Sequence record: NZ_CP119397.1 | DNA from: a plasmid | Strand: one strand, 5' to 3' | DNA: 64,000 nucleotides | Part shown: piece by piece, positions 1-9,391 of the stretch | How the letters are laid out: the number at the start of each line of letters is the position of its first letter | Position numbering within the stretch: position 1 is the stretch's first letter | Translations under genes and position numbers: made by a program | Notes under the pieces: model-generated | Database searches by the model: none | What the model saw: only the letters and a program-made list of their open reading frames with translations | Told to the model about the DNA's origin: nothing

Positions 1-202
1 AAGGTTCTGGTTTTCCGCGTTTTCCGGCGTTTCGCCTGATGTTTTTTCGCGCATTTTTATCGGGCGTGCGGTGTGCGGCGGCTGAAAGGCGAGCTGCATA
101 CTGCTTAAAAAATATTCATCGCGCAACGGCCCGTTGCCTCTTGCCCGCTGTATTTATTTACAGTAATTTAGTGGTTTGACTACCCCCCACCGTGAAGACA
201 CT

Positions 203-982
203 ATGATTTACCTTAAATGGTTTAGTCTCTGTTACCTTTGTATCGTCTTTTTATCACTGGGATATAGCTTTGCCAGAGCCTCGCAGGACAGGGAAACCCC
301 GGCCGCCCAGAGCTGGGCGAGCGCCCGCCGCGACTCCGCCCGCCTGGCGCCGGACCCGGCCGCATTCAGTAAAATCGCCATTGTGCAAGTCTATGCCGCA
401 CCCACCTATGGCTGGCGCGGGAAGGTGGCGCTGCACCCGTGGATCATCTTTAAACGGGCGGGTGAAACCCAATACACTCGCTACGATGTGATCGGCTGGG
501 GCGGCAATAATGTGGTGCGTCGTAACTACGCGATCCCGGACGGCTTCTGGTTCGGCTCACAGCCTGCGCTGCTGGCCTCCCATCAGGGCGTGGATGCTGA
601 AGCGATGATCCCGCGGATTGAGGCGGCTATCGAACGTTATCCGTTCCCGCACACCTATCACGCCTGGCCCGGCCCCAACAGCAACACCTTTATGGCGCAC
701 ATTGGCCGGGAAGTGCCTGAACTGGCGCTGGATCTGCCGTCCAATGCCATCGGCAAGGATTACCGGCCGCTGCTTAGCCCGGTAGGGCTGCCGCCTTCCG
801 GCCGGGGGGTGCAGGTGTCGTTGCTGGGCGTGCTCGGCGTCACGGCCGGGGCGCAGGAAGGGCTGGAGTTCAACATCCTGGGCCTGAACCTTGGGGTGGA
901 CATCGCTTCGCCGGCGCTGCGCTTGCCGTTTATCGGCCGTGTCGGCTTCACCGGTACACCGGCCGTGGCCGGGAAGGAATAA
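203..982 (+). CDS. DUF3750-like membrane-anchored hypothetical protein
   Basis: ORF 176..982. Likely start at MIYLKWF, which gives an N-terminal hydrophobic segment (FSLCYLCIVFLSLGYSFA). Conserved-looking WGGNNVVRRNY and HxWPGPNSNTF blocks, typical of DUF3750 proteins as recalled. Confidence 0.45.
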   Translation: MIYLKWFSLCYLCIVFLSLGYSFARASQDRETPAAQSWASARRDSARLAPDPAAFSKIAIVQVYAAPTYGWRGKVALHPWIIFKRAGETQYTRYDVIGWGGNNVVRRNYAIPDGFWFGSQPALLASHQGVDAEAMIPRIEAAIERYPFPHTYHAWPGPNSNTFMAHIGREVPELALDLPSNAIGKDYRPLLSPVGLPPSGRGVQVSLLGVLGVTAGAQEGLEFNILGLNLGVDIASPALRLPFIGRVGFTGTPAVAGKE

Positions 983-1062
983 CGCCGGGCAGCCTTTTCT
1001 GCGCGGCTTTCCCCCAACTCCCTGTGAGCTGTTACACTTATATCACGTTCACAGGGGGTATA

Positions 1063-2031
1063 ATGAAACTAGGCTTTGCATGTAAATATCTTGATTCTGA
1101 CCTGAAACAGGCTTACCCGTTCCGGGCCACCACCCGCAAGCGTTTTCTCAGTTTACCTGCTGAAGAACAGAAAAAGCTGATTTATGATCTCTCCGTGGTT
1201 AATTTAACCAACCTCTATTTAACGCTGGAGCAATTGGCTTTATTACCGGAAGCCTTAAGGATGATGCGCATCGGCAGCGATCTTTTGCCGTTATATACCG
1301 TACCGGAAGCCACGCCGATATATAATGATTTCCTGCCGGAGCTATACCCGTTATTTACCCGCTGCGGCGAGATTGCCCGGCAGTATAATATCCGGCTCTC
1401 TTTCCACCCTGGGCAATATTCAGTGCTGGCATCGGATACGCCATTGGTGGTCGAGCGGGCGATTGAGGATGTCGAATACCATGCGCTGTGCGCAACCTTA
1501 ATGGGGTACGGCAAAACCTTCCAGGATTTTAAAATCAATATCCATATGAATGGCCGGAAAGGGTTTGCAGGATTCCAGGCAGCATTCGGGCAGCTCAGCG
1601 AAGCCGCGAGGCGGATGCTGACAGTGGAAAATGATGAGATCTCCTGCTCGCTGGATGACGTGCTGCAAGCGGCCCCTCTCTGCCCGATCGTGCTGGACAT
1701 CCACCACCACTGGGTAAAAGAGAATGAATTCATTATGCCGGATGATCCGCGCGTGGCGCAGGTGATTGCCTCCTGGCGCGGCGTCAGGCCGGTGCTGCAC
1801 TACTCCATTTCGCAGGAAGGCCTGATCCCGGAGCAGGGTTTCCCGGACCAGCTGGTGCTGGGGCTGCCAAAGACCAAACTGCGGGCGCACTCCGATTACT
1901 ACTTCAATAACACCCTGAATGACTGGGCGCTGTCGTTTGGTGAGTTCGACATTATGTGTGAGGTGAAAATGAAAAACCTCGCCAGAGACGGGCTGTATAA
2001 CCACGCGCAACGCCGCGGGATCATCCAGTAA
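1063..2031 (+). CDS. uvdE: UV-damage endonuclease UvdE/UvsE family
   Basis: Blocks RLSFHPGQYSVLAS, INIHMNG, TVENDE, LDIHHHW, HSDYY and FDIMCEVKMKN match the conserved UVDE motifs (B. subtilis UvsE: RTSFHPNQF / INIHIGG / TLENDD / FDFHHF / HADYV / IDFMIEAKQKD). Start placed at MKLGFACKYL. Confidence 0.65.
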   Translation: MKLGFACKYLDSDLKQAYPFRATTRKRFLSLPAEEQKKLIYDLSVVNLTNLYLTLEQLALLPEALRMMRIGSDLLPLYTVPEATPIYNDFLPELYPLFTRCGEIARQYNIRLSFHPGQYSVLASDTPLVVERAIEDVEYHALCATLMGYGKTFQDFKINIHMNGRKGFAGFQAAFGQLSEAARRMLTVENDEISCSLDDVLQAAPLCPIVLDIHHHWVKENEFIMPDDPRVAQVIASWRGVRPVLHYSISQEGLIPEQGFPDQLVLGLPKTKLRAHSDYYFNNTLNDWALSFGEFDIMCEVKMKNLARDGLYNHAQRRGIIQ

Positions 2032-2075
2032 TGCCCCACCGGGCCGACGCCGTGTCAGCCCGGTGGCCTGCGCCG

Positions 2076-3293
2076 TTACTCAACGGCGATCGGTTTTTCG
2101 TCCACCTGGACTTTCTCGTCACCCTGAATCCGGGTGATCCGCTGTTCCACCTGCTTCACCGCGTCAGCATCTTTCAGCAGTGAGTAGGTCAGCACAAATT
2201 CAGTGCTCTGCCCCGGCTGCAACTGCTTCACCCGGCCCTGCTCTTTCTCAATTGTCACCGGGTAGGCGTAGTTGGTGCCCGGCTCAATGCCGGTTACGTA
2301 GCCCTGCTTCTGGGTATCGGTGTTCTTCCACATCGTCAGCAGCGGCAACTGGCGGGTATCAAACTCAATTGCGGCACCTTTGTCCCCTTTGCTGTTCACC
2401 ACGGCCGCCACGGTTTTGCTGTTGCTGTCCGCTTTCGGCACCAGGTTAAACACCATTTCATCGAAATCTTTGGTCGGCGCGCCGTAGACATTCCAGTCCG
2501 CCAGCCCTTTTTTCGCATAGTCATTGAACGGCGACACCGATTTCAGCGGGGCCAGGAAACGCGCGTCTTTTTCCAGGATCGGCATCCCGAAGTTGCTGTG
2601 ATAAATAATCTGATAATCATGCGGATAGTCCGCTTTATTGGTCAGCACATCATGAAGGGTGAAGGAGTCCGCGCCCGGCACGTAGCGCAGCTCCGTCCAG
2701 GTTTCGAGTTTGGCTTTTTTAAATGTCGTCTCTTTCAGCAGGCCCCGGATACGGATTTCATGCGGTGCCTGGTCATCGACAATCACTTCGACTTTTGAGG
2801 CCGGGGTGTTGCCCGCTTTGCCGTGCAGGGTGTAGATCATGCCGTCTTTGGTGACCGGGTGGCCGGTCCACTCAAAGCCGCAACGCACCATCATCTCATT
2901 GAACCCTTCCAGCCAGCCCAGCCCGTTGCGGCTCTCCAGGTTGATATAGGCGGGGTTAACCACTTCATCCACCGGCGAATCCCAGCCGAGGCGCACGCCG
3001 TGGCCGTTCACATGCAACAGATCCATGCCGCGGGTCGGGCTGAGGGCGATGGTCAGGCCGTTTTCACTGGTGAGGGTCAGCACTTTTGAGCCTTCCTGCT
3101 TGCCGCCATGCAACACTTTCTGTTGCAGGCTGAAGGGCTCACCCGACAATTTCAGCTGTTGGCTGCTGACCTGCCAGTTTCCCAGCTCGGTACTGCTTTC
3201 AGCATCTGTCAGCACCCAGCTTTGTGCCGCCGCCTGCCCACTGATTGCCGCCATGATCATCCCTGCCAGACACGCTTTTTTCATTTTCTTCAC
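2076..3293 (-). CDS. secreted DUF4432-like (aldose-epimerase-like fold) protein
   Basis: N-terminal signal peptide MKKMKKACLAGMIMAAISGQAAAQS. About 400 aa, consistent in length with periplasmic DUF4432 proteins. Confidence 0.45.
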   Translation of the reverse strand: MKKMKKACLAGMIMAAISGQAAAQSWVLTDAESSTELGNWQVSSQQLKLSGEPFSLQQKVLHGGKQEGSKVLTLTSENGLTIALSPTRGMDLLHVNGHGVRLGWDSPVDEVVNPAYINLESRNGLGWLEGFNEMMVRCGFEWTGHPVTKDGMIYTLHGKAGNTPASKVEVIVDDQAPHEIRIRGLLKETTFKKAKLETWTELRYVPGADSFTLHDVLTNKADYPHDYQIIYHSNFGMPILEKDARFLAPLKSVSPFNDYAKKGLADWNVYGAPTKDFDEMVFNLVPKADSNSKTVAAVVNSKGDKGAAIEFDTRQLPLLTMWKNTDTQKQGYVTGIEPGTNYAYPVTIEKEQGRVKQLQPGQSTEFVLTYSLLKDADAVKQVEQRITRIQGDEKVQVDEKPIAVE

Positions 3294-3599
3294 CCTGTTG
3301 CTGAATTGATTTAGCTAACGAGCCGCAAGAGTACAAACAGCGGCCGGTGGAAAACGTGACTGGCATCACCGCACCCGGTATCCGGGCATTTTAGCGCTGA
3401 TAAACGTGAATGGTGTCACTTAACACCCTGAATCATTACTTTTTTGCAGCACTTTCTGTAACGTAAATCACTCTTTATTCACAGGATATTAAAACGATTC
3501 AGCCCGCTATCGCTGTTCGCGGCGGGCTTTCCCTGATGCGGATAACCGGCAATAAATGTTGATTAATCCGTTATATAAAGCCCGCAGGCCTGAAGGGCA

Positions 3600-3965
3600 C
3601 TAATCCGGTATACAGACCCGCAGCCGGTGGCCGTCCGGGTCACACGCCACAAAGGTTCGGCCAAATACCGCATCATGCGGCGGCTGTTCAATCTCCACCC
3701 CCAGCCCGGCCCAGCGGGCGTACAGCGCCTCAACCTCCTGCCGGTCTTTTACCATAATGCTCAGTTCGGTGGCCGGGCCGGGGCCACCTGAGGCAAAATC
3801 CCTGGCATGGGTCGACCACAGCCCCAGATGCAGGCCATTGTCAAAAGCAAAGGCGGCCCAGGTCGGCAGCACGACCTCGGGCGCGCGCTCAAACAATTTT
3901 TCATAAAAGGCACTGCTCGCCGGTGGGCTGGCAACATAGAGAATGAACAGGTTCGGCATTATCAT
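3600..3965 (-). CDS. VOC/glyoxalase-family protein
   Basis: Small (~120 aa) protein placed divergently from a YafY regulator. GGAG lies 8 nt upstream of the MIMPNLF start. VOC-like length and composition. Confidence 0.55.
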   Translation of the reverse strand: MIMPNLFILYVASPPASSAFYEKLFERAPEVVLPTWAAFAFDNGLHLGLWSTHARDFASGGPGPATELSIMVKDRQEVEALYARWAGLGVEIEQPPHDAVFGRTFVACDPDGHRLRVCIPD

Positions 3966-4021
3966 GGGGTTTTCTCCTTCAGGAATGGAGGCCACACTCT
4001 GTCACGGAGCAATGACAAAAC

Positions 4022-4729
4022 ATGTCAGCATCAGGCATTAACCGGGCGGAACGCCTGTTGAACCTGCTTCAGCATTTACGCCGCCGTCGTTACCCGGTCA
4101 GCGGGCAGCAGCTTGCCGGGGAACTGGGCATCAGCCTGCGTACCCTCTACCGGGATATCGCCTCCCTCAACGCGCAGGGCGCGGACATCCGCGGCGAAGC
4201 CGGGCTGGGCTACGTCCTGCATGCCGATAACCTGCTGCCGCCGATGATGTTTTCCCGTGATGAGATGGATGCGCTGCTGCTCGGCATCCATTGGGTGACG
4301 CGGCACGGCGACCCGGCCTTAAGCCTCGCCGCCCAGGATGCGCTGGCAAAAATTCACGCGGTGCTGCCGGAATGCGCCCGGCAGTCGGTGCATTCGCAAA
4401 GTGTGTTGGCCGGCCCGCCTGAACAGCCGGTGTCGACACGGTTCCAGGCTGAACTGCGCGAGGCGATCCACGGCCGCTATAAAGTGGCACTGATATACCG
4501 GACGGCGCAGGCTGAGGCGTCAGAGCGGGTGATCTGGCCGGTGACATTGGGCTATTTTGATGCTGCCACCCTACTGGTGGGCTGGTGTGAGTTGCGCCAG
4601 GCTTTCCGCCACTTCAGAACCGACAGAATAGACGCGCTGAGAGTGCTGGCGCAGCGCTACCCCAGCTCCCACCCGGCGCTGCTGCAGGCGTGGAAAACAC
4701 AACAGGGGATTGTAGTGGATGGGCCGTAG
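4022..4729 (+). CDS. YafY-family transcriptional regulator (HTH + WYL domain)
   Basis: N-terminal HTH (LRTLYRDIASL) and C-terminal WYL-like region (RYKVALIYRT...W). Classic YafY/VOC divergent pair. Confidence 0.7.
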   Translation: MSASGINRAERLLNLLQHLRRRRYPVSGQQLAGELGISLRTLYRDIASLNAQGADIRGEAGLGYVLHADNLLPPMMFSRDEMDALLLGIHWVTRHGDPALSLAAQDALAKIHAVLPECARQSVHSQSVLAGPPEQPVSTRFQAELREAIHGRYKVALIYRTAQAEASERVIWPVTLGYFDAATLLVGWCELRQAFRHFRTDRIDALRVLAQRYPSSHPALLQAWKTQQGIVVDGP

Positions 4730-4773
4730 CCGCATGGCCGCCCTGCGGCTGGTCACAGGGCGGCCTGACAGGA

Positions 4774-5871
4774 TCAGGACGGCAGCTCACTCTCTTTAAT
4801 GTCGGCGATTGGGCCGAGGATATCGCGGTTGAAATCACGCAGCGGCTCGCCCTGGCGGACGCGCTCAGGCCAGTCGTGGTTAGCCAGCGCGCCGCGGCCC
4901 AGTGCGATCAAATTCGCGCCCTGTTGCAGGCTTAGTTCCGCTTCCGCTACCTGATGCAGGCTGCCGTTGGCTATCAGCGTTACACCCGGCGCGAATTTAC
5001 GCGCCAGCGCCACCAGCGACAGCGGGTTGTCAGCAAACGCCGGCTTCCACGCCTCGTACTCCGTGAGGTGGATATAATCCACGCCAGACGCCGCCAGCAG
5101 CGTGAACACCGTGCAGGCATCCTCTTCGCCGTTCGCCCATTTATGGTGGAAATCATTCACCTTGCCCTGCGAAATGCGGATCCCGACCGGGATATCCTGG
5201 CCCACGCGGGCGCGGACAGCCTTGATCACCTCGAGGATCACGCGCAAACGCCCGGCGGTGTCACCGCCCCAGGCGTCGGTGCGCAGGTTGGTGTGCGCCG
5301 TCAGGAACTGGTCGAGCAAATAGCCGTTTGCGCCGTGAATTTCCACCCCGTCAAAGCCCGCTTCACGCACAGCCCGCTCTGCGGCATCGGCAAAATGCGT
5401 GATGATCGCCTGAATCTCTGCTTCCTCCAGTGCGCGCGGCACCGGGTAACGCCCCTCGCCGCGGTAAAAAGTGAGCTGCTCCCCGGCGGGCTGTACCGCT
5501 GAAGGGGCGACGCTGCCTGAACGGTGGGCGTTCCCTTGCGACAACGCACCGGCATGCTGGATCTGGGCAATGATCCGGCTGCCCTGCGCGTGGACGGCGT
5601 CGGTAATGCTGCGCCAGGCACCCGCCTGTTTGCTGGTGACCATGCCTGACTGGAACGCGTAAGTCTGCGACCATTCTGCGTCGATATAGATGCCTTCGCT
5701 GATCACCAGGCCAAAGCCGCCACGGGCGAAGTCCTGGTAATAGGCTTTCATCCGTTCACTGGCGATGCCGTCTTCCGAGGCGCTGACGCGGGTCATGGGC
5801 GCGACCACCAGGCGGTTTTTAAGCGGGCGGCCGTTCAGGATGAAGGGGCTGAAAAGGGGTGAAGCAGTCAT
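4774..5871 (-). CDS. NADH:flavin oxidoreductase, Old Yellow Enzyme family
   Basis: PLKNRLVVAPMTR, HAGA and GxDGVEIHGANGYLLDQF motifs. GGAGA RBS before MTASPLF. Confidence 0.8.
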   Translation of the reverse strand: MTASPLFSPFILNGRPLKNRLVVAPMTRVSASEDGIASERMKAYYQDFARGGFGLVISEGIYIDAEWSQTYAFQSGMVTSKQAGAWRSITDAVHAQGSRIIAQIQHAGALSQGNAHRSGSVAPSAVQPAGEQLTFYRGEGRYPVPRALEEAEIQAIITHFADAAERAVREAGFDGVEIHGANGYLLDQFLTAHTNLRTDAWGGDTAGRLRVILEVIKAVRARVGQDIPVGIRISQGKVNDFHHKWANGEEDACTVFTLLAASGVDYIHLTEYEAWKPAFADNPLSLVALARKFAPGVTLIANGSLHQVAEAELSLQQGANLIALGRGALANHDWPERVRQGEPLRDFNRDILGPIADIKESELPS

Positions 5872-5937
5872 GGTGTCTCCAGGGGTCTGATTTATCTCTC
5901 CCTGCAATATAATCCGTCCCGATCCCCGTTTGAATCT

Positions 5938-5951
5938 CCTATCCGGATAGG
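5938..5951. promoter_or_regulatory. perfect 14-bp palindrome cctatccggatagg (putative LysR-type operator)
   Basis: Seen in the intergenic region between the divergent OYE (-) and LysR (+) genes. The central part has a T-N11-A arrangement. Confidence 0.4.
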
Positions 5952-6016
5952 CCGGTATAACCTTTCACGTTATACTGGCCGCTCTTACCCTGTGATCTCC
6001 GGGAGCGTGTGACAAG

Positions 6017-6904
6017 ATGAACCTCAGCGATGTGCACCTGTTTCTGGTGATCGCCGAAAGCGGCAGTATGGCGCAGGCTGCGCGCCGCCTTAACCTGTCG
6101 CCGATGTCCGTTTCACGGCGGCTGGCGCTGCTGGAACACGAAGTGGGCAAGCGGCTGATCCAGCGCACCACCCGCGCCCTGTCGCTGACGCAGGAGGGCG
6201 AAGAGTTTATCCCTTACGCCAGGGTGATGACGGACGCCGAAGCCAGCGCCAAGGCCCTGTTTATGCCGGAAGCGCAGGGCGCGGGCGGGCTGTTGCGCAT
6301 CACAGCCCCTTCCGGGTTAGGCCGCCGGACGATAGTGCCGCTGATCCCCGATCTGCTGCTGAATAACCCGGAAATGCGGGTCGATTTGCAGCTCAATGAT
6401 GAAGTGGTGGACATCGTCAGCCGCGGTATTGATGTGGCCGTCCGGGTCGCCCCACTGCGGGACTCCAGCCTGGTGGCGCGGAAAATCGCGGATAACCCGC
6501 GCATCCTGTGCGCCTCGCCTGAGTACCTCGCCCGCCACGGCAAGCCGGGCGTCCTCAGCGATCTCCGCGCCCATAACTGCCTCAGGCTGACCAACGTGCT
6601 GAACTGGTCATTCGAGGTGGACAGGCAGATCATCAGCCACAGCGTGGACGGGCGCTTCACGTCCAGTAACGTTGAGGGCATCAGGGCGTTATGCATTCAG
6701 GGGCTGGGGCTTTCCCAGCTGACGTACTGGGATGTGAAAGAGGAGTTAAGCCAGGGCAGCCTGGTTGAGATTGCGTTGGGTGATGCCGCCCCGCAGCCGC
6801 TCTCCATCTGGGCCGTGTTACCCACCGCGCGTTATCTGCCGCGCCGGGTGACGCTGTTTATCGACGCCCTGAAAACCGCGCTGAGGCCGGTGGCCGGGGT
6901 ATAG
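6017..6904 (+). CDS. LysR-family transcriptional regulator
   Basis: N-terminal HTH (MAQAARRLNLSPMSVSRRLALLE) and LysR substrate-binding domain. Confidence 0.8.
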   Translation: MNLSDVHLFLVIAESGSMAQAARRLNLSPMSVSRRLALLEHEVGKRLIQRTTRALSLTQEGEEFIPYARVMTDAEASAKALFMPEAQGAGGLLRITAPSGLGRRTIVPLIPDLLLNNPEMRVDLQLNDEVVDIVSRGIDVAVRVAPLRDSSLVARKIADNPRILCASPEYLARHGKPGVLSDLRAHNCLRLTNVLNWSFEVDRQIISHSVDGRFTSSNVEGIRALCIQGLGLSQLTYWDVKEELSQGSLVEIALGDAAPQPLSIWAVLPTARYLPRRVTLFIDALKTALRPVAGV

Positions 6905-6993
6905 CCGAAAGTTGACTAAAATCAGGGATATCGTGAATCCCCGGCTGGTGCGTAAGGCGCTACCCTACAACAAACCACACAAAGGGCAATCGG

Positions 6994-8178
6994 ATGAAAA
7001 AGGTAGTCATCGCGCTGGCGATGGGGGCATTCGGGCTGGGTATGGCCGAATTCGGCATGATGGGCGTATTGACGGAGCTGGCGCACGACGTGCAGATCCC
7101 GATCCCTGACGCCGGGAATATGATTTCGTTTTACGCGCTCGGCGTGGTCATCGGCGCGCCGGTGATGGCGCTGGTTTCCAATAAGTTCTCGCTGAAAAGC
7201 CAGTTGCTGTTTCTGGTGGCGCTGTGCGTGCTCGGCAATGCGCTGTTCGCCTGCTCCTCCTCCTATCTGATGCTGGTGGTCAGCCGGCTGCTGTCGGGCT
7301 TTCCGCACGGGGCCTTCTTTGGCGTCGGGGCGATTATGCTGACGAAAGTCGCCCGCCCCGGCAGGGTCACCGCCGCGGTGGCGGGCATGGTCTCGGGGAT
7401 GACGCTGGCGAACCTGGTCGGCATTCCGCTCGGCACCTGGCTGAGCCATGAATTCAGCTGGCGCGCGCCGTTTTTGCTGATTGCGGCGTTCTTCCTCGCG
7501 GTATTGCTGGCGGTGATACGCTGGATCCCCACGCTCTCGGACACCTCCACGGCCAAACTCCGCGAACAGTTCCGGTTTTTGAAATCACCCGCGCCCTGGC
7601 TGATCTTTCTGGCCACCCTGTTGGGTAACGCCGGGGTGTTTGCCTGGTTCAGCTACATCAAACCGGTGATGCTGGGTGTCTCCGGCTTCGCGGAAGCGGC
7701 GATGCCGGCCATTATGATGCTGGCCGGGCTGGGCATGGTGCTGGGGAACCTGGCAAGTGCCCGATTATCTGCCCGTGTCCCGCCGCTGCGTATCGCGGTG
7801 ATTACCGACCTGGTGATTGTTATCTCGCTGGTGATGATTTTCTTCTTCTCCGCGCACCAGGCGGCCTCGCTCAGCTTCGCGTTTATCAGCTGCGCCGGGC
7901 TGTTTGCGCTCTCGGCACCGCTGCAAATCCTGCTGCTGCAAAATGCGAAAGGCGGTGAGATGCTCGGCGCGGCGGGCGGTCAGATCGCCTTCAACCTCGG
8001 CAGCGCGCTGGGCGCGTTCTGCGGCGGGCTGATGATCACCCTGGATTTCGCGTACAACTACGTCGCCCTGCCGGCGGCGCTGCTGTCGCTGTCGGCCATG
8101 CTGTCGTTAATGCTGTATGGGCGTTTGACTACCCCAAACCGCACAAATATCAACTCGCCGGCGCAGGAAAGGCACTAG
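6994..8178 (+). CDS. MFS transporter (YdhP/AraJ-like)
   Basis: 12-TM profile. N-terminal MKKVVIALAMGAFGLGMAEFGMMGVL is typical of DHA1 / YdhP-type exporters. Confidence 0.75.
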   Translation: MKKVVIALAMGAFGLGMAEFGMMGVLTELAHDVQIPIPDAGNMISFYALGVVIGAPVMALVSNKFSLKSQLLFLVALCVLGNALFACSSSYLMLVVSRLLSGFPHGAFFGVGAIMLTKVARPGRVTAAVAGMVSGMTLANLVGIPLGTWLSHEFSWRAPFLLIAAFFLAVLLAVIRWIPTLSDTSTAKLREQFRFLKSPAPWLIFLATLLGNAGVFAWFSYIKPVMLGVSGFAEAAMPAIMMLAGLGMVLGNLASARLSARVPPLRIAVITDLVIVISLVMIFFFSAHQAASLSFAFISCAGLFALSAPLQILLLQNAKGGEMLGAAGGQIAFNLGSALGAFCGGLMITLDFAYNYVALPAALLSLSAMLSLMLYGRLTTPNRTNINSPAQERH

Positions 8179-8237
8179 GCTGTTTGCCCTTGCCCATTTC
8201 ATCGGGCACGCTATTTCATGACAAAGAGAAGATAACG

Positions 8238-9338
8238 ATGGCTCAGCTATTTACACCGTTCACGCTGAAAAGCGTGACACTCAAAAACCGTATTGCCGTA
8301 CCCCCGATGTGCCAATACTCGGCGGTTGACGGTCTGGTAAATGACTGGCACCGGGTACACTACGCCGGGCTGGCACGCGGCGGCGCGGGTCTGGTGATCG
8401 TCGAGGCAACTGCGGTGGCCCCGGAAGGGCGCATCACCCCAGGGGATCTCGGCATCTGGAATGATGAGCAGGCGGCAGAGCTGGCGAACATCGCCAAAGC
8501 AATCAAAGAGGCGGGTGCCGTGCCGGGCATCCAGATCGCCCATGCCGGGCGTAAAGCCAGCGCGAATGCGCCGTGGGAAGGCGACGACCATATCCCGGAA
8601 GGCGATGCCCGTGGCTGGGAAACCCTGTCACCGTCTGCGGTCGCGTTCGGCAAAAACCTGCCGAAAGTGCCGAAAGCCATGACCAAAGCGGACATCCAGC
8701 GCGTCACGGAGGATTTCGTGGCAGCCGCGCGCCGCGCGCGTGATGCCGGGTTCGAGTGGCTGGAACTGCACTTCGCCCACGGCTATCTGGCACAGAGCTT
8801 CTTCTCAGTGCACGCCAACCAGCGTACCGACGAATACGGCGGTGATTTCACCGGCCGCAGCCGCTTCCTGATTGAAACCTTCGACGCCGTGCGCGCCGAG
8901 TGGCCGCAGGATCTGCCGCTGACCGCCCGTTTTGGTGTGATTGAGTATGACGGCCGCGACGAGGAAACCCTGTCGGAGGCGATTGCCCTGACCAACATCC
9001 TGCGCGAAAAAGGGCTGGATATGCTGAACGTCAGCGTCGGCTTCTCCACGCCGGACAGCAACATTCCGTGGGGGCCGGGCTTCCTGGCACCGGTGGCCCG
9101 CCGTGTTCGCAACGAAGCAGACCTGCCGGTTGCCTCCTCCTGGGGCGTGGAAGCGGCTTCCGTTGCGGAACGCTGCATTGCCGAAGGGGATATGGACCTG
9201 GTGATGATTGGCCGCGCCATGCTGGCTGACCCGCACTACAGCTACCGTCTGGCGCAGCAACTCCAGGTGGAGAAACCCTCCTGGGTGCTGCCGGCCCCTT
9301 ACGCACACTGGCTGGAACGTTACCGGATCGGCGAGTAA
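8238..9338 (+). CDS. NADH:flavin oxidoreductase, OYE family (YqjM/NemA-like)
   Basis: LKNRIAVPPMCQY, HAGRK and FEWLELHFAHGYL motifs. Start taken at MAQLFTPF. Confidence 0.8.
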   Translation: MAQLFTPFTLKSVTLKNRIAVPPMCQYSAVDGLVNDWHRVHYAGLARGGAGLVIVEATAVAPEGRITPGDLGIWNDEQAAELANIAKAIKEAGAVPGIQIAHAGRKASANAPWEGDDHIPEGDARGWETLSPSAVAFGKNLPKVPKAMTKADIQRVTEDFVAAARRARDAGFEWLELHFAHGYLAQSFFSVHANQRTDEYGGDFTGRSRFLIETFDAVRAEWPQDLPLTARFGVIEYDGRDEETLSEAIALTNILREKGLDMLNVSVGFSTPDSNIPWGPGFLAPVARRVRNEADLPVASSWGVEAASVAERCIAEGDMDLVMIGRAMLADPHYSYRLAQQLQVEKPSWVLPAPYAHWLERYRIGE

Positions 9339-9361
9339 TCGCCGCGATACGTGTATGCAGG

Positions 9362-9388
9362 GCGGCCGGTGGCCGCCCTTTTTTTTCG
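9362..9388. terminator. rho-independent terminator (gggcggccggtggccgccc + T8)
   Basis: GC-rich hairpin followed by a T-run, lying between convergent genes. Confidence 0.6.
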
Positions 9389-9391
9389 CCG

